This document shows positions 19,137 through 26,944 of a stretch of DNA of 64,000 nucleotides, one piece after another. The stretch lies in the sequence record MN850645.1; one strand, 5' to 3'. Numbering within the stretch: position 1 is the stretch's first letter; every line of letters starts with the position of its first letter. This stretch comes from Escherichia phage outra. Made by a program: the position numbers and the translations under genes. The notes beneath the pieces were generated by a model, which was not told the origin of the DNA, searched no databases, and was given only the letters and a program-made list of their open reading frames with translations.

Positions 19137-19340
19137 AAAATTATTTAAAGTTTTTACAGATTTTTGGGTACAAATTTTGAAAATGAAAAGTTCAAGTTTG
19201 GTCAAAATTATTTAAAGTTTTTGTACGTATTTCTATCCAGATTTTGAAAATGAAAACTTCAATTTTTTAAAAATTCCCCAGTTTATTTAAAGTTTTTTTG
19301 CCTTTTTCCGTAGAAAAATCAAAAATGAAAAGTTCAATTT
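19137..19340. repeat. three tandem imperfect direct repeats of about 67 bp
   Basis: each unit contains TTATTTAAAGTTTTT ... GAAAATGAAAAGTTCAA. Confidence 0.7.
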
Positions 19341-19363
19341 CGTGTTTTTATGGGTGTGCGTAT

Positions 19364-19472
19364 GATAATCATTTTCATTTGTAAATGAGAATCATTATCA
19401 TTTAAGTATGTAAGTGATAATCATTCTCAGTAAGAGAATGAGAATCATTAGCAAATGAGAATTTTCTCATTT
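19364..19472. promoter_or_regulatory. cluster of Fur-box-like palindromes (AATGAGAATCATTATCA etc.)
   Basis: 19384-19400 matches 14/15 of the E. coli Fur consensus core ATGATAATCATTATC; further GATAATCATTCTC-type palindromes at 19416-19472. Confidence 0.5.
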
Positions 19473-19734
19473 AGAGAATAACGCGCAGGGGCGGTGTTTG
19501 TCTCGCGCTCCCGTGTCCCCTCGCCATACAATAAGAATAGCATAACCAACAACAAAAGCAAGCGATTATTTTTATCTTTACATTTCTTTACAAATTTATT
19601 TTAGACGAGCTACCGGCGATCAACCTTCCAACCAGTAGTGCCCTGGTATGTTAGCCCCGCCTTTACGCCGTGGGGGTGGCGCTTCCTCTTCTGTATGTAA
19701 AACAGTATAAGCCCGATCCCTGGGCTTGTCAAGA

Positions 19735-20001
19735 TTATTTTTTGTTTTCTTGCCAGGATAGGACACCTAGCCAAAAATACATGTCGCCCCGCGCCCCTGG
19801 CGGGATCTTGCTTTCCCCGCCGCCACTGCAAGCCCATAGATAACCATTTGCGAACGTATCAAAATGATCTATTTCTTCCACCTTATGATCGCCCAGGTTG
19901 AGAACGGTTTCAACCTTTAAGCCCGTTGCGCTTGCTACCTGGTGCACCGTGCCGCCTTGCCAGCCTAATGAGTGCATGAGGTGTAAAGTAGTATTTGTCA
20001 T
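19735..20001 (-). CDS. hypothetical protein (88 aa), GC-rich, divergent from island
   Basis: ATG 20001 with AAGGG SD; possible minus-strand promoter TTGCTA-18-TATTAT at 20049-20078. Confidence 0.45.
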   Translation of the reverse strand: MTNTTLHLMHSLGWQGGTVHQVASATGLKVETVLNLGDHKVEEIDHFDTFANGYLWACSGGGESKIPPGARGDMYFWLGVLSWQENKK

Positions 20002-20112
20002 GGTATCGCCCTTTCTTTGATGTGCGCCCTGGTTGGCGCGGTAGAAAGATAATAGCCCCTTTCCTTTATAGATAGCAAGCAAAAAAGAAATGAAAAAAGA
20101 TTAAAAAAGGGG

Positions 20113-20141
20113 TTGACGTTCCTCACCTGGTAGCGTATTAT
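20113..20141 (+). promoter_or_regulatory. sigma70-like promoter
   Basis: -35 TTGACG 20113-18, 17-bp spacer, -10 TATTAT 20136-41. Confidence 0.55.
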
Positions 20142-20268
20142 TCATCTTGTCGAGGGGGGCGAGGCACAACGACAATAAACAAAAGGAGGGCGCAATGCAG
20201 GACGGGCAAAGGTGAGGATCTCCACAATCCACCGTCACAATAACATTACTTATAAAAGGTTGATAACG

Positions 20269-20364
20269 ATGATCAAGAAAGAAAACAGCTTGACGGTTGG
20301 AACGATTAACGCTATCATTCTAGCCGTTCCATTTTGGATTGTAGTAGCGGTTATTATCTTTTAA
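20269..20364 (+). CDS. hypothetical membrane peptide (31 aa)
   Basis: hand-translated; hydrophobic; weak SD. Confidence 0.25.
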   Translation: MIKKENSLTVGTINAIILAVPFWIVVAVIIF

Positions 20365-20372
20365 AAATATTC

Positions 20373-20428
20373 TTGACAACGTTTTTTAATCTGATAAGAT
20401 GTATCACATAGGGCGGCAATAGTGCCGC
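20373..20428 (+). promoter_or_regulatory. sigma70-like promoter plus type-B leader hairpin
   Basis: -35 TTGACA 20373-78, -10 TAAGAT 20395-400, hairpin GCGGCA-ATAG-TGCCGC 20413-28. Confidence 0.6.
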
Positions 20429-20452
20429 TCATAACAGAAGAGAGAAATAATC

Positions 20453-20725
20453 ATGGCATCATATAGCGCATCAATGATCGTAGCTGGCATCACTGGTAAA
20501 CCTATGCGCGGTGGCGGATCTTTCGCTAACATCAATATTGATGGGCGTTTATCCCTGGATGCAGCGATCACCGTGGCACGGGAAACATTTAAAAAAGAAT
20601 GTAATTTCAATAAACAAGATTATCTCGGCTTCGTTATTGAAAAAACCGCGCGCTTTGTGGATTATAAAAGCCCGAAAATGATCGACACTACACTAAAAGC
20701 GCAAGATGTAGCGTTTTTGCTTTAA
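20453..20725 (+). CDS. hypothetical protein (90 aa)
   Basis: ORF downstream of promoter/hairpin cassette; host-like codons. Confidence 0.55.
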   Translation: MASYSASMIVAGITGKPMRGGGSFANINIDGRLSLDAAITVARETFKKECNFNKQDYLGFVIEKTARFVDYKSPKMIDTTLKAQDVAFLL

Positions 20726-20728
20726 GGC

Positions 20729-20789
20729 TTGACACTTAAAAATAATTTTGTAATATATACCACATAAGGCGGGGAAATGGTTTCCCGCC
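20729..20789 (+). promoter_or_regulatory. sigma70-like promoter plus type-A leader hairpin
   Basis: -35 TTGACA 20729-34, -10 TAATAT 20751-56, hairpin GGCGGGGAAA-TGG-TTTCCCGCC 20768-89. Confidence 0.6.
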
Positions 20790-20811
20790 AAATCAAAGAA
20801 AGGGTAATGCA

Positions 20812-21174
20812 ATGAGCAAGCAAATCAATACTATCATGTTAAACCTGGTATCTTTCCGCGACGACGTGAAAAATCTTCCACGTGATGCAGTGGATGCACG
20901 GATCGAAAGCTATCGCTCACAGATCGCAACGCTACCGCTAAAACGTGATCAACATGCCGCTAATATGATGCTTAATGCTATGCTTAAAAAGATGATTCAA
21001 TGTGATCTTACCCTGGCTTATGAATATGCTGGCGATCTCTTTGTAACATATAGCAAGCCCGTACCAGGTATGAGCACAACCGAAGAATTGCATGCCTTAA
21101 ATCTGCGACAAGATGCATGGGATAACATGCGCCGTGTTATGGTATGGGTAGAAAGCGGTAAAATTTACGAATAA
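20812..21174 (+). CDS. hypothetical protein (120 aa)
   Basis: AAAGGG SD; downstream of cassette. Confidence 0.55.
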   Translation: MSKQINTIMLNLVSFRDDVKNLPRDAVDARIESYRSQIATLPLKRDQHAANMMLNAMLKKMIQCDLTLAYEYAGDLFVTYSKPVPGMSTTEELHALNLRQDAWDNMRRVMVWVESGKIYE

Positions 21175-21180
21175 AAACGG

Positions 21181-21234
21181 TTAACATTGCACTAAAACCT
21201 GATAAGCTATCTTAAAGCGGGAACTATTCCCGCT
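21181..21234 (+). promoter_or_regulatory. weak promoter-like sequence plus leader hairpin variant
   Basis: TTAACA-16-TAAGCT, hairpin AGCGGGAA-CTA-TTCCCGCT 21216-34. Confidence 0.35.
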
Positions 21235-21252
21235 TACATAGGATAAAACTTT

Positions 21253-21402
21253 ATGAAACAATATGTAATGAGTATTCACACCAAAAACGGCGCTACTGTT
21301 ACAACTCCGGCACGGTTTGCACTTGTAAACCGTTGCAAGAGACTAAAACGAGAGTTAAAAAATAACCGTGCAACGGGCTGCTTTAAACGCTGGGGAGGAT
21401 AA
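21253..21402 (+). CDS. hypothetical small protein (49 aa)
   Basis: hand-translated. Confidence 0.4.
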   Translation: MKQYVMSIHTKNGATVTTPARFALVNRCKRLKRELKNNRATGCFKRWGG

Positions 21403-21404
21403 TC

Positions 21405-21677
21405 TTGTTTTTTCTAAAAGTTTTTGATAATGTGATCGCTTTTGAACATGCTACAACGTTCAACCTGGCGAGATACGCTATCAGGTTTAAAGATAATGTT
21501 TATCCCCGTGCTGGTGGCGGTTACACTATCTTTAATCATCGTAACGCTCAATTAACAGATATAACGAATCCAGATCCTGGAGTGTATCGCATAGGCTGGC
21601 TACCGTCAAAAGACGCGGCAAGCATGTTTAAGGTGTGTAAACTACTAACAGAAGAGGCGAACGAACATGGGGCGTGA
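21405..21677 (+). CDS. hypothetical protein (90 aa), TTG start
   Basis: GGAGGA SD before TTG. Confidence 0.45.
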   Translation: MFFLKVFDNVIAFEHATTFNLARYAIRFKDNVYPRAGGGYTIFNHRNAQLTDITNPDPGVYRIGWLPSKDAASMFKVCKLLTEEANEHGA

Positions 21678-22221
21678 ATATGTGATCCAGTCATGGGTAA
21701 AGCATGACGCTAATGATCCGCGCATAATACCAGATGACATGATCGATCACATGGTAGGGTACAGCGGGGAGCAGATAGGGAATCGAGCGGCAAAGAGCAA
21801 CGGGCACACAAAGACGCGATCCGTTCGCCCTGGTTGGCTGGCAAATGGTAACGCTGACATTGCAAGCGCCGCAGATCCAAGCGATGACGCTAAAAATAAT
21901 CCCTTATATAGCATTGATCCGGCTTTTAAGGTGTTAGAAGAGTATCCCGCTAAATTAGCCGCACTAGATAAGGCATACGAAGAAAAGCGCATGGCATGGA
22001 CTGTATACAACACCGCTAAAATGGTGCTAGATGCAAAATTGATTAAAGCCCAGGAGAAGATCAATAAACTTGTTGCAGTAGCGCAAGAGGAAGACCAGGA
22101 CGACCAGGAGGAAGAGGAAGAAATCATGCCTACCCTGGAAGAGGAAGAGATCCAGCCATACATGCCGACGGAAGAGGAAAAAAGACAAGCCCTAAAAAAT
22201 TATGAAAATTGCATTGTGTAA
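21667..22221 (+). CDS. hypothetical protein with acidic C-terminal tail (184 aa)
   Basis: ORF; C-terminus QEEDQDDQEEEEE. Confidence 0.5.
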   Translation: MGREYVIQSWVKHDANDPRIIPDDMIDHMVGYSGEQIGNRAAKSNGHTKTRSVRPGWLANGNADIASAADPSDDAKNNPLYSIDPAFKVLEEYPAKLAALDKAYEEKRMAWTVYNTAKMVLDAKLIKAQEKINKLVAVAQEEDQDDQEEEEEIMPTLEEEEIQPYMPTEEEKRQALKNYENCIV

Positions 22222-22224
22222 GGC

Positions 22225-22280
22225 TTGACATATGCAAATAAGCCCCGTAATATGTACCACATAAAGCGGGGCAACGCCCC
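22225..22280 (+). promoter_or_regulatory. sigma70-like promoter plus short GC hairpin
   Basis: -35 TTGACA 22225-30, -10 TAATAT 22248-53, hairpin GGGGC-AAC-GCCCC 22268-80. Confidence 0.5.
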
Positions 22281-22302
22281 ATAAAGTGAAATAAAAAATC
22301 AC

Positions 22303-22330
22303 TTGACACCTGAAATCAGTAAGCTATAAT
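22303..22330 (+). promoter_or_regulatory. consensus sigma70 promoter
   Basis: -35 TTGACA 22303-08, 16-bp spacer, -10 TATAAT 22325-30. Confidence 0.65.
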
Positions 22331-22367
22331 GCTTATATAGATTGAAACATTACTAAGGAATAAAAGC

Positions 22368-22547
22368 ATGGCTATTATTGCAAAAACTGAGATCGTAGGT
22401 TTAGATTCTATCATCCTGGCATATGAGGAAGCTGTAGAAATGTATGTGGTTTCCTATGGTGATTATATCCGTGAATATAAATCTATTGATCTAGCTTTTG
22501 AATGCTATATTCGCCAGGTCAATAAAGCATATGATGATTATCGTTAA
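22368..22547 (+). CDS. hypothetical small protein (59 aa)
   Basis: hand-translated; AAGGA SD. Confidence 0.45.
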   Translation: MAIIAKTEIVGLDSIILAYEEAVEMYVVSYGDYIREYKSIDLAFECYIRQVNKAYDDYR

Positions 22548-22566
22548 AAGTTTTAGTCTTGTGCTA

Positions 22567-22595
22567 TTGACAACGAACGATAGTACAAGCATAAT
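22567..22595 (+). promoter_or_regulatory. sigma70-like promoter
   Basis: -35 TTGACA 22567-72, 17-bp spacer, -10 CATAAT 22590-95. Confidence 0.5.
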
Positions 22596-22642
22596 AACTT
22601 TTATCGGGAATACTCCTAACTAATCAAAAGAGATTAAAGACT

Positions 22643-23008
22643 ATGGCTAAAAATATCAATGTTTCTGCTTATGCTACCCTGGCTAACACTGCTAAAATTG
22701 AACTATCTAGCATTGAAGCGGTACATATTAGCGCCCGTCGCTGGTTTCAAAAGTCTTATGGTAACACTTATTTCTCTTTGATGGTTGACGTTGAGATCGG
22801 CGGTAAACTGATCGAAGTCGTTAACGTTCCGTTTCACTATGGCTACGGGGATCATTTTGATACCGTTGCCCTAGAAGAGTTTAGCAAGGTTATCAACCTG
22901 GAAGGTAAAGAGTTTTCAAATTATGCCTACCTTTCCCGTTTTTGCCGTGATAATGGGATCGCTGTATACAGTCATGCAAGCGATGTTAAACGTAAAAAAG
23001 ATTTATAA
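22643..23008 (+). CDS. hypothetical protein (121 aa)
   Basis: ORF downstream of promoter. Confidence 0.55.
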   Translation: MAKNINVSAYATLANTAKIELSSIEAVHISARRWFQKSYGNTYFSLMVDVEIGGKLIEVVNVPFHYGYGDHFDTVALEEFSKVINLEGKEFSNYAYLSRFCRDNGIAVYSHASDVKRKKDL

Positions 23009-23014
23009 AAAGCA

Positions 23015-23079
23015 TTGACAGCACGAATAAAAAGCGTAAAATGTTTCATATCAGGACGGGGAACGAAGTAACACCCCGT
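23015..23079 (+). promoter_or_regulatory. sigma70-like promoter plus hairpin (no ORF immediately downstream)
   Basis: -35 TTGACA 23015-20, -10 TAAAAT 23037-42, hairpin ACGGGG...CCCCGT 23056-79. Confidence 0.45.
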
Positions 23080-23128
23080 TAAGTAGCCCAGGAGTAAGGC
23101 ACACGAAAAACTCCCCTGATAAAATAGT

Positions 23129-23186
23129 TTGACAATGGTTTCTAATAACGTATAATACTTACATCGAGAGCGGGAACACTTCCCGC
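23129..23186 (+). promoter_or_regulatory. consensus sigma70 promoter plus leader hairpin
   Basis: -35 TTGACA 23129-34, -10 TATAAT 23151-56, hairpin GCGGGAA-CAC-TTCCCGC 23170-86. Confidence 0.65.
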
Positions 23187-23211
23187 CTCACTGAAAAAAG
23201 AGATTAACATC

Positions 23212-23451
23212 ATGGCTAAATCTAAAATGTTCTTAGGTCACAAAAACAAAACTCATTGGAATGTAAGCCTTTGGATCAACAACGATGAAGGTTTTTATAA
23301 TCTTGCGCGTGAATTTATCGCAGCTAACACCAATAAGAATGACGCAGCGCGTGATATGATGTTATTTCTTGAAAGTATGGATCAAGATAAAACGCCAGAC
23401 GGTTACAAGTTCAGTAAAACCGCGATCCGTGCCGCTATGGTTGGAATGTAA
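23212..23451 (+). CDS. hypothetical protein (79 aa)
   Basis: ORF downstream of cassette. Confidence 0.55.
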   Translation: MAKSKMFLGHKNKTHWNVSLWINNDEGFYNLAREFIAANTNKNDAARDMMLFLESMDQDKTPDGYKFSKTAIRAAMVGM

Positions 23452-23546
23452 AGGAGACATAAAAATGAAACATCGTTCGACCTATCTCACAAAACGTTTT
23501 AGCTTAGATCATAAATTGGGCTATTACGGAAGAAATAGAAAATAAT

Positions 23547-23606
23547 TTGACAACGTTTTAAATTAGTGTAAGATATATCACATAGGGCGGGAAATGGTTT
23601 CCCGCC
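23547..23606 (+). promoter_or_regulatory. sigma70-like promoter plus type-A leader hairpin
   Basis: -35 TTGACA 23547-52, -10 TAAGAT 23569-74, hairpin GGCGGGAAA-TGG-TTTCCCGCC 23586-606. Confidence 0.65.
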
Positions 23607-23628
23607 AAATCAAAGAAAGGTTATCATT

Positions 23629-23856
23629 ATGGCTATCATTATTGTTCGCGTATCCGGTACGGTTGGAAGCTCCCAGGTAGTAGCAGTTATCACCGAGAAG
23701 AAAGGGGATGATCTTCACTCTTCCTTGAATAGCTGGGCGGTAGCTAACTTCGGGCAATGGTCGAGCGTTGAGTACATCGAATCCTACCAGGTGCCAACGA
23801 TTAGCCTAACCGATCTAAATGTTGATCGCTTGTTGTGCCTGGATGGATTAAACTAA
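23629..23856 (+). CDS. hypothetical protein (75 aa)
   Basis: ORF downstream of cassette. Confidence 0.55.
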   Translation: MAIIIVRVSGTVGSSQVVAVITEKKGDDLHSSLNSWAVANFGQWSSVEYIESYQVPTISLTDLNVDRLLCLDGLN

Positions 23857-23864
23857 AAATAATC

Positions 23865-23920
23865 TTGACAAGATAACTAAAATCAGTAAAATGTAATGCA
23901 TAGGGCGGCAATAGTGCCGC
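23865..23920 (+). promoter_or_regulatory. sigma70-like promoter plus type-B leader hairpin
   Basis: -35 TTGACA 23865-70, -10 TAAAAT 23887-92, hairpin GCGGCA-ATAG-TGCCGC 23905-20. Confidence 0.6.
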
Positions 23921-23943
23921 TCCTAGTGAGAGAGATTATCAAA

Positions 23944-24156
23944 ATGGCTAATATCCGCACACTGTTAAAAAATGCAAAACAAGTTTTATTTTCTGATCAC
24001 GATCATTTTAATAAAGATATTACAGGCGTGAAGAATATCAAAGAGGTAAAAAGTGTTATGGGTATCTATTGCAATATGAAGCGAGTAGGCACATTTGGTG
24101 ATAAAGTATTATATCAGGCAGGTGACTACAATTTTACTTTGACAATTATCAACTAA
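23944..24156 (+). CDS. hypothetical protein (70 aa)
   Basis: start moved to ATG 23944 (track start 23896 lies inside promoter/hairpin). Confidence 0.5.
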   Translation: MANIRTLLKNAKQVLFSDHDHFNKDITGVKNIKEVKSVMGIYCNMKRVGTFGDKVLYQAGDYNFTLTIIN

Positions 24157-24167
24157 GGGATCACAAA

Positions 24168-24326
24168 ATGAAAACTTGCCAATGTGGTAAAAAGTCTATC
24201 TCTGGTTTAAAACGTGGCGTTGCTCTTTGTCAATATCACTATAACGCTCAAACGTGGGGTAAGCAGTGGGCGGATCAGGTGGAAGAGGCAAAGAAAGAAA
24301 ATATAAAAGTAGTTGCAAAGAAATAA
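24168..24326 (+). CDS. small Zn-ribbon-like protein (52 aa)
   Basis: hand-translated; CQCG...CQYH motif. Confidence 0.4.
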   Translation: MKTCQCGKKSISGLKRGVALCQYHYNAQTWGKQWADQVEEAKKENIKVVAKK

Positions 24327-24373
24327 AAATAGAGTAAACTGTATTCATCAAGGCGGTGGAATAGCTCACCGCC
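24313..24373 (+). promoter_or_regulatory. promoter-like sequence plus leader hairpin variant
   Basis: TTGCAA-16-TAAACT, hairpin GGCGGTG...CACCGCC 24352-73. Confidence 0.4.
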
Positions 24374-24397
24374 TAACAAAGAGAAGAGGAAAACATC

Positions 24398-24568
24398 ATG
24401 ATCACTTTCGCTACCCGTGAAGCCGCTCGCAACGTTGCACGTAAAGTTAATGCCGCCAACCTGGGCGCTACGCTTAAAGCCCCGGTAAAAGATGAATCAG
24501 GTAAATGGATCTTTCCTGGTCTGCGTCACGCTGATAAGCTGGGAACATTAACGTTAAAAAATAAATAA
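24398..24568 (+). CDS. hypothetical small protein (56 aa)
   Basis: hand-translated; GAGGA SD. Confidence 0.45.
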   Translation: MITFATREAARNVARKVNAANLGATLKAPVKDESGKWIFPGLRHADKLGTLTLKNK

Positions 24569-24575
24569 TATCCGC

Positions 24576-24634
24576 TTGACAGTAGCATGGTTTATAAGTA
24601 AAGTAACAACAACGGCGGGAAATGGTTTCCCGCC
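24576..24634 (+). promoter_or_regulatory. sigma70-like promoter plus type-A leader hairpin
   Basis: -35 TTGACA 24576-81, -10 TAAAGT 24599-604, hairpin GGCGGGAAA-TGG-TTTCCCGCC 24614-34. Confidence 0.55.
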
Positions 24635-24654
24635 ATCAATAAAGAGATAAGATT

Positions 24655-25014
24655 ATGAAATCAGTAAAAGCAATCAAAACTTACATTGTATCGGCTATTT
24701 CTTTTGAAGGTACTACAACCGAAAAAGAAAAAATCACCGAACTGATGCGCCGTTTTAATTCTGAATACTGGTATCCCGATAATCAAAAACGTTACAATTA
24801 TAACGTGATCAAGGCGATAGCCTCATGGTTACAAGGTTTACCGTCAGACATTAACATTGCCTTTGATTATAACGAGATTGATCATTTATTAATTGAATGG
24901 AAGTACATAAAAGAAACAAGCAAAGAAACAACCGTTACCCGTGAGCGGGAAAATTATTGGTTATATATTGCAAGCATGATCGTAATCCTGGCAAAACAGC
25001 ATAACGTGGCGTAA
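24655..25014 (+). CDS. hypothetical protein (119 aa)
   Basis: ORF downstream of cassette. Confidence 0.55.
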   Translation: MKSVKAIKTYIVSAISFEGTTTEKEKITELMRRFNSEYWYPDNQKRYNYNVIKAIASWLQGLPSDINIAFDYNEIDHLLIEWKYIKETSKETTVTRERENYWLYIASMIVILAKQHNVA

Positions 25015-25029
25015 TTAAGAGGAAGAAAC

Positions 25030-25167
25030 ATGAACGCATCACAGCAGATCGAAAAATTCAACCGCAGCAAGGCGCGTAAAGATTGGAACGAAGAGATCAC
25101 CAAAAAAGGCGACAAGCGGAACAAAACAAAAAGAGATCGCAGCACAAAAAGATACTGGAACGAATAA
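25030..25167 (+). CDS. hypothetical small basic protein (45 aa)
   Basis: hand-translated; GAGGA SD; Lys/Arg-rich. Confidence 0.4.
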   Translation: MNASQQIEKFNRSKARKDWNEEITKKGDKRNKTKRDRSTKRYWNE

Positions 25168-25174
25168 CAAAAAA

Positions 25175-25196
25175 GGGCGCAATAAGCGCCCTTTTA
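25175..25196 (+). terminator. rho-independent terminator
   Basis: GGGCGC-AATAA-GCGCCC stem-loop followed by TTTT. Confidence 0.65.
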
Positions 25197-25286
25197 GCTT
25201 ATATAGGGGCTTGTTACCCATAGGCAATGGTAACGCCAGGGCAAGCCTATAAATCAACGTTAGACGGCTTTACAGGAGCTTTAAAA

Positions 25287-25469
25287 ATGAGATTAGAAGA
25301 AATAAGCAAGGCACTAGACCAGGAGCAAAGGTTATGCGCCCGATATCGTGATCAATATGGCTTCATAACTAGCGGCGTGATCCTGGGGATGGAAGGCAAT
25401 AAGATTTTTATTGACACGTTGAAAAACGTTGTATATAGTGACAATATAATCTCAATAAAACATATATGA
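25287..25469 (+). CDS. hypothetical small protein (60 aa)
   Basis: start moved to ATG 25287 with AGGAG SD. Confidence 0.4.
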   Translation: MRLEEISKALDQEQRLCARYRDQYGFITSGVILGMEGNKIFIDTLKNVVYSDNIISIKHI

Positions 25470-25477
25470 GGCAAGAA

Positions 25478-25879
25478 ATGAAAAACTTATTGATCGCTGG
25501 TTTAATCTCTTTTGGCATGGTTGGAACATCTAGCGCGGCGATATCCTCCACAGTAGCAGAATTAAGCGCCGTTGATGCAATGGAAAACGTCATGCTTATT
25601 AATAATGCGATCCCCGATGAAATCATGGAGGATTCACACATGATCGCTTATGGTGCTGTTACACAACTAACGGCAAAAATAGATAAATCTATTGTTAATG
25701 GCTTAAATGAAGATGTACCATGTGAAATTATTACCAGTGTGCTGACTACTCAAAATTTTACGCCGTGGTTAAAAAGTATTCAAAAAGTACACAGTACAGC
25801 CGCAGATCGTAGCAATGAAAAACTAGTGTCAGCACTTGCAACGTATACCCTAGCAAAATGCACTGAGATAAAAGATTGA
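25478..25879 (+). CDS. putative secreted/periplasmic protein
   Basis: MKNLLIAGLISFGMVGTSSA signal-peptide-like N-terminus; GAGG SD. Confidence 0.5.
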   Translation: MKNLLIAGLISFGMVGTSSAAISSTVAELSAVDAMENVMLINNAIPDEIMEDSHMIAYGAVTQLTAKIDKSIVNGLNEDVPCEIITSVLTTQNFTPWLKSIQKVHSTAADRSNEKLVSALATYTLAKCTEIKD

Positions 25880-25904
25880 CAACATAGAAAGCACGTTATA
25901 AGAT
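25876..25904 (+). promoter_or_regulatory. sigma70-like promoter
   Basis: -35 TTGACA 25876-81, 17-bp spacer, -10 TAAGAT 25899-904. Confidence 0.5.
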
Positions 25905-25926
25905 ACACACAACAAAGGAGAACTAC

Positions 25927-26229
25927 ATGAACGGCATAGCTAAAACGTTTTTTCTTTTTTCTGGTGTAAATGATCCATCAATAAAAGTCGATAGTGTAAA
26001 AGAAAAAAATACTATCACCGCTAAATTGTTTCAAGATGAAACAAATAACGTGCTAATCATTAATCTTAAAGAAGTAACGAAAGGTTATTATACTATTGCT
26101 TACCATGCGATCTATCATGCTGGTACTGGTGAGGAAGTGCAAACAAGCAACAACGAAAGCGCGGCGCTACCTGGTGATCTGGTGCTGGGCGTTATCAGTT
26201 TAATTGTCAATGATTTTTTTAAGGAGTAA
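25927..26229 (+). CDS. hypothetical protein (100 aa)
   Basis: AAAGGAG SD. Confidence 0.55.
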   Translation: MNGIAKTFFLFSGVNDPSIKVDSVKEKNTITAKLFQDETNNVLIINLKEVTKGYYTIAYHAIYHAGTGEEVQTSNNESAALPGDLVLGVISLIVNDFFKE

Positions 26230-26233
26230 AACC

Positions 26234-26329
26234 ATGCCCTATTTACATTTATTTTTCGGTATCTTATTAACAGGATCTTTTTTCTTCTGTATGCTTGTTT
26301 CTATTGTAAACCACGTTTTAAGACATTAA
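26234..26329 (+). CDS. hypothetical membrane peptide (31 aa)
   Basis: hand-translated; AAGGAG SD; hydrophobic. Confidence 0.35.
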   Translation: MPYLHLFFGILLTGSFFFCMLVSIVNHVLRH

Positions 26330-26338
26330 GGAAACAGC

Positions 26339-26458
26339 ATGAAAATTATTCCCGTACAATATAGCGTAATAAATCCAGCATATGAGGAAGGAAGGAAAAC
26401 AAGCATGGCTTTATGTTGTATTGCTACTATAGCCATGTTGTTATACATTGTGTTTTAA
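26339..26458 (+). CDS. hypothetical membrane peptide (39 aa)
   Basis: hand-translated; AAGGAA SD; hydrophobic C-terminus. Confidence 0.35.
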   Translation: MKIIPVQYSVINPAYEEGRKTSMALCCIATIAMLLYIVF

Positions 26459-26487
26459 TAGGTTTTATAGTTGTACGCTTTAAAGGC

Positions 26488-26516
26488 TTGACAATTTTTT
26501 GTTATGCTTTAAACTA
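26488..26516 (+). promoter_or_regulatory. promoter-like sequence (good -35, weak -10)
   Basis: -35 TTGACA 26488-93; -10 candidate weak. Confidence 0.3.
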
Positions 26517-26558
26517 TATCTTGAAAACGGCAAAGGCCGCAAACAAAAGGGTAAAATT

Positions 26559-26882
26559 ATGAAATCTGTGATCGGTGTTTATTTGGATAACTCTGATTTT
26601 TTCTATCATCGCGCGCGTTTACTTGATGCTATTGAAATGATAGAATCAGGCTTTAAAGAGTATCGCCTTGCACATGATGACCTGGAAGCATTACAGGGCA
26701 ATAGTGTTTTTACATTGCAAGCGAAAGCACTATGCAAAAGCCGGATCGAGATTGCAAGTAAAAAGATAGAGCGCGGCATGTCCTGGTTGCGCACCGCAGA
26801 AATCAACATGGGGCAATGGTACGGCGAAAACTTAGAAAATAAACATGCTTTTGTCAATGTAGAAAATATTGAAGATTATTGA
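26559..26882 (+). CDS. hypothetical protein (107 aa)
   Basis: start moved to ATG 26559. Confidence 0.5.
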   Translation: MKSVIGVYLDNSDFFYHRARLLDAIEMIESGFKEYRLAHDDLEALQGNSVFTLQAKALCKSRIEIASKKIERGMSWLRTAEINMGQWYGENLENKHAFVNVENIEDY

Positions 26883-26944
26883 TTGACAGCACACCGAACG
26901 GGGAGTATATTGTATCTCATAGAGCGGGGAAATGGTTTCCCCGC
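26883..26944 (+). promoter_or_regulatory. sigma70-like promoter plus type-A leader hairpin
   Basis: -35 TTGACA 26883-88, -10 TATATT 26906-11, hairpin GCGGGGAAA-TGG-TTTCCCCGC 26924-44. Confidence 0.6.

Noticed and set aside
19137-19340. Tandem repeats as a CRISPR array
   Set aside because: Only three AT-rich imperfect units of about 67 bp, directly abutting without unique spacers and without a palindromic repeat core or nearby cas genes.
19610-19837. 75-aa minus-strand track ORF in the GC-rich segment
   Set aside because: Overlaps the better-supported 19735-20001 ORF in another frame; Arg/Gly-rich translation typical of a GC-rich off-frame; no ribosome-binding site.
20195-20215. Six-codon ORF (MQDGQR) with strong AAGGAGGG ribosome-binding site downstream of promoter 20113
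   Set aside because: Too short to call as a gene; could be a leader peptide, but there is no supporting attenuator structure.
25247-25254. TATAAAT sequence upstream of 25287 as a T4-type late promoter
   Set aside because: Single occurrence with 7/8 match; I could not establish a consistent set of TATAAATA elements before other genes, so no claim of a T4-like late promoter class is made.
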